From IMG/VR virus record IMGVR_UViG_3300020036_004254: DNA of 64,000 nucleotides; one strand, given 5' to 3'. A program made the position numbers and the translations under genes. This DNA is from a virus. Its lineage: Duplodnaviria > Caudoviricetes. Under the pieces are notes generated by a model. The model saw only the letters and a program-made list of their open reading frames with translations, was not told the DNA's origin and did not search any database. Position 1 is the stretch's first letter, and each line of letters opens with the position of its first letter. This document shows, in pieces, positions 48,414-56,006 of the stretch.

Positions 48414-49437
48414 TTTGGACCAACCCAAGCTAGATTTTGACGATGTGATGTTGGTTCCGAGCTACAGTGACATGACAAGTCGAAAAGAGGTGATGTTGAC
48501 AAGAGAAATTCGCGGTCGGTGGGGTCAAACACTCACCGGGGTGCCTATTATTGCCGCCAACATGCACGGGGTTGGGACATTCAAGATGGCAAAAGCTCTT
48601 TCGCACTATGGAATGTTCACGGCTATCAACAAGGACACCCCGGTAAAATCGTGGTTTGAGTTTTTTGAAAACCCGATTATTAGTGAACCATCGATTGATA
48701 GGGTGTTTCTCACGTTGGGAATGGACATGAAGGGAGAAACAGCAAATATTGACAAGCTTCGAATGTTGGTTGCTTCCAAGTGCTTCCGTCAGATGAAGAT
48801 TGTGATTGATGTGGCCAACGGATACATGAACCCGTTCTACGACTACATCAAACTGGTACGGTACACTGCACCGGATGCGTTCATTATGGCGGGAACCGTG
48901 TGTACACCAGAAGCCGCCCAACGTGTTGTGGAATCTGGTGCGGATTTGGCACGGGTTGGAATTGGTAGCGGAGCGGTATGCGTCACGCGCACGGTGGCGG
49001 GTGTTGGGTATCCACAAGCATCTGCGATTATAGAATGCGCCCAAACCGCTGATGTGGTGTGTGACGGGGGTTGTACCACCCCGGGAGATTTCGCCAAGGC
49101 ATTTGCCTTGGGGTCATCGATGGTCATGGCAGGAACGGTGTTTGCGGCACACGAAGAGGGCGGGGTTGAACCGGATGAACGCGGATTTGTTCCGTTCTAT
49201 GGAATGAGTTCTCATGAGGCACAGCCGACGAAACGAAACTATCGGTCTTCCGAAGGTCGGGTAGTCAAGCTCCCGTATCGCGGGATGGTGGATAATACCG
49301 TTTGTCACATTTTGGGTGGGTTGCGGTCGGCTTGTACCTATTCGAACGCGGCCTCGTTGAACGAATTACATCAGAATGCACGAGTGATTCGCGTGAACAA
49401 TCAACTGAATCGGTCGGTGGAGAAATACACTATTTAG
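48403..49437 (+). CDS. guaC: GMP reductase
   Basis: KLDFDDV.L.P, PIIAANM..VGT, IDVANGY, GIGSG..C.TR, FYGMSS, YRSSEGR, ILGGLRSACTY. Confidence 0.92.
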   Translation: MQLDLDQPKLDFDDVMLVPSYSDMTSRKEVMLTREIRGRWGQTLTGVPIIAANMHGVGTFKMAKALSHYGMFTAINKDTPVKSWFEFFENPIISEPSIDRVFLTLGMDMKGETANIDKLRMLVASKCFRQMKIVIDVANGYMNPFYDYIKLVRYTAPDAFIMAGTVCTPEAAQRVVESGADLARVGIGSGAVCVTRTVAGVGYPQASAIIECAQTADVVCDGGCTTPGDFAKAFALGSSMVMAGTVFAAHEEGGVEPDERGFVPFYGMSSHEAQPTKRNYRSSEGRVVKLPYRGMVDNTVCHILGGLRSACTYSNAASLNELHQNARVIRVNNQLNRSVEKYTI

Positions 49438-49693
49438 GAGGGGGCGTATGGCGAACGTGGGTGAGCGAAATCAGGAGTTTGAAGAAGCCATAAATACAGA
49501 TAAGCAGAACTATCTGAGTTTCTTCGTAAACGAATTTGATATGGAGTTAGACCACATGGAGGGAGTGTTGTCCACAGAAACATCAAAAATTCTCCTCAGT
49601 TGGGTGCGAGACAAACTACGAAAGTTACACGAGGATTTTAATGCCGACCTATGAATAGTATAAATACTCCTGTCATCCTAAACAGGAGTATTC

Positions 49694-50287
49694 ATGAAAT
49701 CGCCATACACATATTATCTTTATCATATACCAACACAGAAAAAATATTATGGTGTTCAATATGGTCCGAAATCAAATCCGGATAATCTTTGGACTACATA
49801 TTTTAGTAGTTCCAAAAAAGTTCACGAACTAATAGAACAATATGGGAAAGATAGCTTTTTCTTTGAGATTAGAAAACTATTCAAAACACCAGAAGAAGCT
49901 TTTTCTTGGGAACAACGTGTGTTGCAAAAACTTAAAGTTGTAGGAAAGGATGAGTGGTTAAACCAAGCATTGGCTCGCGGACCATACCTTTCATGGGGAA
50001 AACGGTCTAGAAAAACAAGATTGAAAATATCCTTAGCTTTGACCGGGAAAAAGCGTGGTTGTATATCTGAAGAAACAAGACTAAAGATGAGCATAGCCGC
50101 CAAAAAGCGTGGATATAACAGAACAGATTACAAGCCAACCGAAGAAACAAAGAAAAAAATGAGTCTTTCACAAAAAGGAAAGACTAATGTGGGAAAAATT
50201 CAAACACCTGAACACCGAAAGAAAAACAGTGAAGCTGTTTCCGCGTGGTGGAAAAAACGAAAGGAGAATTCTCTTGCCCTGTTATGA
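49694..50287 (+). CDS. free-standing GIY-YIG-like/NUMOD3 homing endonuclease
   Basis: YTY....KYYG...Y..SS...E..LN; SEETR.K.S repeats; TATAAATA at 49659. Confidence 0.8.
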   Translation: MKSPYTYYLYHIPTQKKYYGVQYGPKSNPDNLWTTYFSSSKKVHELIEQYGKDSFFFEIRKLFKTPEEAFSWEQRVLQKLKVVGKDEWLNQALARGPYLSWGKRSRKTRLKISLALTGKKRGCISEETRLKMSIAAKKRGYNRTDYKPTEETKKKMSLSQKGKTNVGKIQTPEHRKKNSEAVSAWWKKRKENSLALL

Positions 50288-50543
50288 ATATCGCTGTAAA
50301 GCCTGTGAATACAAGTTCAACCTCATGGTACGAATTTCTGCCATGGATGAACCGACCACAGAACCGTGTCCGTCTTGTCATGCTAGTGAAATTGAACGCA
50401 TGTTTCCTTCTATTGCACCAAGTATTGGGGATGCAGTTCGTTTAGGAATTCGCCGTCCGGATGAAGGATTTAAGGATGTGCTTCGAAAGATTCACGATGC
50501 CAACCCACAATCGAACATCAAGGATACCTCTAGATACATCTAG
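50274..50543 (+). CDS. FmdB-family zinc-ribbon protein
   Basis: P.YEY.C..C...CP.C, GFKDVL..I; TTG start after AAGGAG. Confidence 0.8.
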   Translation: MPCYEYRCKACEYKFNLMVRISAMDEPTTEPCPSCHASEIERMFPSIAPSIGDAVRLGIRRPDEGFKDVLRKIHDANPQSNIKDTSRYI

Positions 50544-50554
50544 CCCAACAGAAT

Positions 50555-51328
50555 ATGCCGCGTAAAAAGCGACCTCTTTCTCATTTGCCACAGCCTACTC
50601 CCACCCCTCACCCATCAGACAAAGAAGCGAAAACCAAGGTTAAGGTTACGGATTTGATTGATGTTCGCCCTCTCACCTTAAATCAAGAAGCGTTTTTCAG
50701 ATTCTACAAAAATGGAAATCCGGCATTATTACTTCACGGGGTTGCGGGGTCTGGTAAAACATTCATCGCCATCTACAATGCCTTGAAGGAAATTCTAGAC
50801 CGAACAAGTCAATATCGAAAGTTGGTGATTGTGCGGTCAGCCGTTCCATCCCGAGATATTGGACATTTACCCGGAGACGAAAAAGAAAAGAGTGAAGTCT
50901 ACATGATTCCGTATGTGGATATTTGTTCCGCGTTGCTCCCACGGTTTGGGGACCAAGCATGGGCACGGTTGGTTGAGCAGAAAGTGGTGGAATTCATGAT
51001 TACGTCACACGTGCGGGGCTTGACTTTGGACGAGTGCATCGTTATCGTTGATGAAGCGCAAAACATGACAGACATGGAGTTAAACTCCATTATGACCCGG
51101 GCAGGAAACAACACCAAGATGATTTTCTGTGGAGATTTCCGGCAGACCGATTTGGTAAAGCGGCACGATTTGTCTGGGTTGAAAAAGTTTGTATCGATTG
51201 TCGAACACATGGACTCATTTCGGGTGGTGGAGTTTGGTGTGGAGGATATTGTACGAAGTGCGTTATGTAAGGAGTATATCATAGCGCGAATGCAGTATGA
51301 AGATTTACTCACAAATGAACGGAGTTAG
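50555..51328 (+). CDS. phoH: PhoH-family ATPase
   Basis: G.AGSGKT, GHLPG...EK, RGLT, DEAQN, GD..Q.DL, DIVRS. Confidence 0.93.
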   Translation: MPRKKRPLSHLPQPTPTPHPSDKEAKTKVKVTDLIDVRPLTLNQEAFFRFYKNGNPALLLHGVAGSGKTFIAIYNALKEILDRTSQYRKLVIVRSAVPSRDIGHLPGDEKEKSEVYMIPYVDICSALLPRFGDQAWARLVEQKVVEFMITSHVRGLTLDECIVIVDEAQNMTDMELNSIMTRAGNNTKMIFCGDFRQTDLVKRHDLSGLKKFVSIVEHMDSFRVVEFGVEDIVRSALCKEYIIARMQYEDLLTNERS

Positions 51329-51329
51329 T

Positions 51330-51575
51330 ATGTTACCAGCGCAAGTAAACACCATCCTCGCGCCGTATCGGTTGGAGTTGACCGATAACGGAACCCGGAT
51401 ACGGTCGATGGACTTTGAATTTGGTACGGTGGGAATTGAAGCGGTTTACGAAATGATGTTCTTACATCAAGTCACCCGAGAACAAGCATTGCAAGATGTG
51501 GCAATGTTGCTCAACACTGCCAGTCCCAAGAAAAAGAAACCGAAGAAAAAGGTCAAGTCGGTGCTTCATGCATGA
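51330..51575 (+). CDS. hypothetical protein
   Basis: ORF following phoH. Confidence 0.5.
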   Translation: MLPAQVNTILAPYRLELTDNGTRIRSMDFEFGTVGIEAVYEMMFLHQVTREQALQDVAMLLNTASPKKKKPKKKVKSVLHA

Positions 51576-51844
51576 CCAACACCCAACGCGGAGTCAAATA
51601 TAGAGTCAAATGGAGAACATTATGTTTTGAGTTGTTAGGAGACATCTGCATCGGATGTGGCACACGGAATCGTCAAGTGTTCACCATTAATCATGTAGAC
51701 GGGGATGGACACAAACACCGACACCGACACACTCGCCAACCCAGTTGGAAGAAGTACTGTGAGCAGATTATCGTGGGAAAACCCCGATTAGAGATTCAGT
51801 GTTATAACTGTCACGCTGAGTTGGATTTGAAGCGGGACGTATGA
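51572..51844 (+). CDS. small HNH-like protein
   Basis: C..CG, INHVDGDG, C.NCH. Confidence 0.6.
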   Translation: MTNTQRGVKYRVKWRTLCFELLGDICIGCGTRNRQVFTINHVDGDGHKHRHRHTRQPSWKKYCEQIIVGKPRLEIQCYNCHAELDLKRDV

Positions 51845-52383
51845 ATGGAATCAAGAAAAGAAATAACATCTGCGTCAGAAAAATTGTTTTTTGCTAGGTT
51901 AATGCCGTAGGCAACAAACTGAACGTTCCCCTGAATGTAACCTTTAGAAGAATCGATTCTATCCAAAGAAGCAGAAGTCAACCCCATTTTCTCCCCATTT
52001 TTTTGAAGTGTTATTGGGACGTTTGACAAGCTACACCTTTCAGTCCATATAGATTGAAGATATTCTTCCGTAAGTTCAGAAAACGTATTACACGAATCGA
52101 AAGGAAGCCCGTCTTTAAACTTCCGGTTTCTAGCTTTTCTTAAGATGTATGTGAACTTTCCTTTTTTCTTTCCGGGTCTTCCGGTGTTAAATTTTTGTAG
52201 TCTTTTGATATTTCTAAGTACCTCTTCGCTTGTTCTGTTTTTCAATCGAAACGTCGAAGCACAAGACAAGGAACAAAAGAACGTTGTGCGTCCTTTTTTG
52301 GTCTGACGGTTATATTCCCCGTTTATATACCAAAAAGATTTTGAACAAACGCCGCAGTTGAGTTGTATGTGAGTTTTTGACAT
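51811..52383 (-). CDS. His-Me-finger (HNH-type) endonuclease
   Basis: C..C...FCS..C N-terminus; SLDRIDSSKGY..GNVQ.V....N..K; true start MSKTH at 52383. Confidence 0.8.
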   Translation of the reverse strand: MSKTHIQLNCGVCSKSFWYINGEYNRQTKKGRTTFFCSLSCASTFRLKNRTSEEVLRNIKRLQKFNTGRPGKKKGKFTYILRKARNRKFKDGLPFDSCNTFSELTEEYLQSIWTERCSLSNVPITLQKNGEKMGLTSASLDRIDSSKGYIQGNVQFVAYGINLAKNNFSDADVISFLDSIHTSRFKSNSA

Positions 52384-52400
52384 GTTGGATGATAGTAAAA

Positions 52401-52666
52401 TGTTTTGCAGAAAGGTTTCTTGGACGGGAGATTCGAAGCTCCCCGCCTCCATTCTGTTTATACCGTCTACATTTTGTTTTCGGGGGCGAAATGGATTCGA
52501 CAGGGAATTAAGTACACCAAAACCGCTATCCGAAAAGGCGAAGGGCCGTAAGCCCTAGCGAAAACTTAAAGGAGAATAACAACTATTCGACCTTGCTTCT
52601 TTCTGGTGCGCTTCAAGCCGCCTAAGGAAACTGAGCATCGCCCACTTGGAAACAGAACGGGCAATC
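52401..52666 (+). ncRNA. ssrA: circularly permuted two-piece tmRNA
   Basis: acceptor piece ...CGCCTCCA (52451) precedes coding piece GGGGGCGAAATGGATTCGAC (52482); G3.U70; tag ENNNYSTLLLSGALQAA* at 52572-52625. Confidence 0.9.
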
Positions 52667-52698
52667 CTTCTCGGCATATCTTCGGGTGTGCCGAGAAG
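52667..52698 (+). terminator. stable hairpin downstream of tmRNA
   Basis: CTTCTCGGCATATC-TTCG-GGTGTGCCGAGAAG. Confidence 0.7.
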
Positions 52699-52774
52699 TT
52701 CTCGTTTGGGGGGTTGACAAGCCATGGCAGACCGACTACATTTCTTACATGAACCCCTTACCAAAGGAGTGACA

Positions 52775-53215
52775 ATGCTTATCACCTTACTATCCGTGGG
52801 CTTGTTGTTTGGAACCCCCACGAAACCTATCGATGTACAAGAACTCGAATGTCTGGCCAAGAACATTTATTACGAAGCCCCAGACGAGCCGTATGAAGGA
52901 AAGTTGGCCGTAGCGACCGTTACGATGAATCGGGTGGAGAATGAGTACTACCCAGACACCGTGTGTGAAGTCGTCTACCAACCCTACCAATTTTCGTGGA
53001 CGAGAAATCCCTACCCCATTCGGGAACCAAAGATTTACGAGGAAGCCGAACAAATTGCATGGGAAGTTTTGATGGAAAATAAACGGTTGAGGAGCATTGG
53101 AAATGCCATGTTCTATCACAACCAGACGGTCAAACCCAAGTGGAGTCTTACCATGGAACCAATTCGTCGTATCGGAGGTCACACGTTCTATGTCACAAGA
53201 CGAGTTAACCGTTGA
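52775..53215 (+). CDS. SleB-like cell wall hydrolase (Hydrolase_2)
   Basis: CLA.NIYYEA..E...G..AVA.V..NRV....P.TVC.VV.Q..QFSW. Confidence 0.9.
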   Translation: MLITLLSVGLLFGTPTKPIDVQELECLAKNIYYEAPDEPYEGKLAVATVTMNRVENEYYPDTVCEVVYQPYQFSWTRNPYPIREPKIYEEAEQIAWEVLMENKRLRSIGNAMFYHNQTVKPKWSLTMEPIRRIGGHTFYVTRRVNR

Positions 53216-53450
53216 ATATTTGATTACCCGCCAATTCAAAACCTCCGAGGAATTTTCTACGTACATAGAAACGGAATCGGCAAAACGTAAGATTACCAAC
53301 TACGAAATGATTGTTGAATATTGCGAAGAACGGAATGTGGACCCTACAGCGGCGGCATCCCTCATCACCCATCGATTAAAACAACTGATTCTGATTGAGG
53401 CAGAAAACCTCAACCTCATGAAAAAGAAAACCCCGAGGCTTTCAACATGA
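53190..53450 (+). CDS. late transcription co-activator (T4 gp33-like)
   Basis: F...IE...Y...IV.YCE...LK..I..EAE.LN. Confidence 0.8.
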   Translation: MSQDELTVEYLITRQFKTSEEFSTYIETESAKRKITNYEMIVEYCEERNVDPTAAASLITHRLKQLILIEAENLNLMKKKTPRLST

Positions 53451-53902
53451 AACACAATATTCTAGACGACATCAATGGTGCCATAGAAGATTTACGACAA
53501 GACAAAAATTTGAATATATCTAGCGATTTTGATAGTATTGTCATGGCGTGGGGCAACCCTTTTCAAGAGGTTTTGAAGTTTGATGTAGAGTTGCAAAAAC
53601 TCCAAGACGATGTGCTAGAAGAGGCCGAGAATCTTGTGCGGGAGATTCAGAAAATTCGGAATGCGATGGCATCGGAAGATGCCTTGAATGCTCTCATGCT
53701 TCGTGACCTTGAACAGCTTGCCTTGACCTCTGATGATTATAATGGGGATTGGACGTTGGACGATTATTATCTGAGAGAGAATCTAAAAGAAGAAACCGAA
53801 AAGTTCGATGACAAAGCATTAAAAGATGCTACCCGTCTCTTTGAAAACGTGATGACAGCCAGTTTGAAAAAATGGAAACAGAACGGAACATACATTGATT
53901 GA
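53447..53902 (+). CDS. hypothetical protein
   Basis: 151-aa coupled ORF. Confidence 0.65.
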   Translation: MKHNILDDINGAIEDLRQDKNLNISSDFDSIVMAWGNPFQEVLKFDVELQKLQDDVLEEAENLVREIQKIRNAMASEDALNALMLRDLEQLALTSDDYNGDWTLDDYYLRENLKEETEKFDDKALKDATRLFENVMTASLKKWKQNGTYID

Positions 53903-53910
53903 GGAACAGT

Positions 53911-54369
53911 ATGACTACATGGGCAGAAGAAATGAATGCACAGCTTCGCTGGGACAGACGGTTTATTGAAATGGCCGAGTTGGTGTCTACGTGGAGCAAG
54001 GATACCACCAAGGTGGGGTGTGTCATTGTCGGTCCAGACAAGGAAGTGCGGTCTGTTGGATACAACGGATTTCCACGTGGGGTCAAGGAAACCGCTGAGA
54101 AGACAGAACGCCCCGAAAAGTACCTCTGGACCGAACACGCCGAGCGTAACGCCATCTACAACGCCGCTCGCATGGGGTTGAGTCTCAAGGGATGTACCTT
54201 GTACTGTTCGTGGGAGCCGTGTATGGAATGTGGCCGTGCCATCATTCAATCGGGAATTGACACGGTGGTTGCGAAAAAACGTGATGATGCTGGTAAATGG
54301 GGTGAAGAATTTTACAAATCGTTGGTTATGATTCAGGAAGCGGGTCTAGAATTCAGATACATTCTATGA
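53911..54369 (+). CDS. dCMP deaminase
   Basis: SKD..KVG, GYNG.P.G, HAE.NAI, PC..C. Confidence 0.9.
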   Translation: MTTWAEEMNAQLRWDRRFIEMAELVSTWSKDTTKVGCVIVGPDKEVRSVGYNGFPRGVKETAEKTERPEKYLWTEHAERNAIYNAARMGLSLKGCTLYCSWEPCMECGRAIIQSGIDTVVAKKRDDAGKWGEEFYKSLVMIQEAGLEFRYIL

Positions 54370-54950
54370 GTCCGTTCAAGGCATATGAAATGTACATGCA
54401 TCTGAAGTTACATTTCACTTCGGATACATACGATGTACGTAAGTACCCCATGAAAAGAATGTCGGTGACCTCGTTTGAAAAGGGTACGATTAAGTTTAAA
54501 TTGTTCAAGCTGACGCAGAAATATAATGATATTCAGCTTCGGGAGTACTTTATTGCTAACTTCTTGAACGGTGATAAATACGGTGGGATGTATAATGCCA
54601 ATGCAGACGAGGTTTTATTGGATTGGCAAAAGCGCGTTCAGGGCTTGACATACCACTACAGACAGGATATATTGCATCTTCAGGAACAAGGGGTTGAAAC
54701 TCCTGATATGGCTTGGTCTGGTGACAGCCATCCCCTTCTCGCCAAGGAATATTTGGGTAAGCGCATCAATTTGGAAACCCTTGTCATCCTCGACAAACTA
54801 TTTAATTTTCGGCCCGTGGTCGATAAGCGTTTGACGGATGATTTTATGTGGAATCCGATTTCTAAGTTGATGTACAAATACGAACCATTCCTTACGTTTA
54901 ACAAGGAAGATTTTTTGGAGGCGACCAAAAGAGTCTTCGCACCCCGGTGA
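54366..54950 (+). CDS. helicase loader (T4 gp59-like)
   Basis: Y..LKLHF....YD..KY, HP.L...L...I..ETL.IL, KY.PF; lies before gp32. Confidence 0.85.
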   Translation: MSPFKAYEMYMHLKLHFTSDTYDVRKYPMKRMSVTSFEKGTIKFKLFKLTQKYNDIQLREYFIANFLNGDKYGGMYNANADEVLLDWQKRVQGLTYHYRQDILHLQEQGVETPDMAWSGDSHPLLAKEYLGKRINLETLVILDKLFNFRPVVDKRLTDDFMWNPISKLMYKYEPFLTFNKEDFLEATKRVFAPR

Positions 54951-55027
54951 GAACATCTTTTGTTATGGTTGGACCATTGTTCATACACCGTTATATACCG
55001 TTATACACCGCAAAAAAGGAGCTACAC

Positions 55028-55957
55028 ATGTTTACCAGTTTGAGAGAAATGCGTAACAAGGGCAGTGATTTGTCCAGTTTGGTCAAGCAGGTCGAAGACA
55101 CGACCAAGAAGAGTTACGAGAAGGAAGAAGAGGGTACGTTTTGGTCCCCTCCGGTAGATAAAGCAGGAAATGGTATTGCCATTATCCGCTTTATGCCAGC
55201 CCCCAAGGGGGAAGACGCCGAGTTCGTTCGCCGTTGGGACCACGGATTTCAGGGTCCGACAGGCAAGTGGTACATTGAGAATTCTCTGACCACGCTTGGC
55301 CCGGATTTCAAAGACCCTGTCTCTGAAGACAACAGCCGCCTGTGGGCACTTGACACCACAGATGACGGCCCAAACCGCAAGATTGCGCGTGAGCGCAAGC
55401 GTCGGTTGAACCACTATTCGAACATTTTGGTCATCAAAGACCCAGCCCGTCCGGAGAACGAGGGCAAGGTGTTCTTGTTCAAGTACGGCGTGAAAATCTT
55501 TGACAAGATTAAGAGCGCGTTGAAGCCACCCGTTGAGGGAATGGCGACATTCAACCCTTTCAACTTGTTCACGGGTGCGAATTTCCAGTTGGTGGTGTGC
55601 AATGTTGCCAAGCGTCGAAACTACGACCAGAGCATGTTCCTTGCTCCGGGTGAAATCCTCGGACCTGATGGCAAGCCCTACTCTGACGATAAGTTGGATG
55701 AGTTGTGGAACCAGTGCCGCTCGCTCAAGGATTTCCTTGATGCTAGACACTTCAAGTCTTACGAAGTGCTGAAGAAGCGGTTTGAGTTTGTCACGAACGC
55801 CGCTCCTGCCGCCGTCAGTGCTGGTGTGAAGGAAGAGAAGCAACCAGAACTGAAGAGTGAAGAGCCAAAGAACATGAAGACTTCTACTCCTGTTGAGGTT
55901 GATGAAGACCCAGAGGATACAGAAGAGTACTTCAAGAGCTTGGCGAATCAGGACTAA
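55028..55957 (+). CDS. single-stranded DNA-binding protein (T4 gp32-like)
   Basis: DKAGNG.A.IRF.P, HGFQGP.GKWYIENS.TT, NEGKVFL.KYG.KIFDK, acidic tail. Confidence 0.95.
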   Translation: MFTSLREMRNKGSDLSSLVKQVEDTTKKSYEKEEEGTFWSPPVDKAGNGIAIIRFMPAPKGEDAEFVRRWDHGFQGPTGKWYIENSLTTLGPDFKDPVSEDNSRLWALDTTDDGPNRKIARERKRRLNHYSNILVIKDPARPENEGKVFLFKYGVKIFDKIKSALKPPVEGMATFNPFNLFTGANFQLVVCNVAKRRNYDQSMFLAPGEILGPDGKPYSDDKLDELWNQCRSLKDFLDARHFKSYEVLKKRFEFVTNAAPAAVSAGVKEEKQPELKSEEPKNMKTSTPVEVDEDPEDTEEYFKSLANQD

Positions 55958-55968
55958 GTTCTAAACAA

Positions 55969-56006
55969 AGAGGGGGAGAAGCCGTTATGGTTTCTCCCCC
56001 TTTCTC
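55969..56006. terminator. bidirectional terminator between converging genes
   Basis: GGGGGAGAAG...TTTCTCCCCC hairpin. Confidence 0.65.

Noticed and set aside
49659-50287. Group I intron in FmdB
   Set aside because: The insert is almost entirely ORF, no P/Q/R/S core is seen, and a replacement start codon exists.
52384-52452. N-terminal extension of the minus-strand endonuclease
   Set aside because: It overlaps the tmRNA acceptor piece; the start at 52383 is more plausible.
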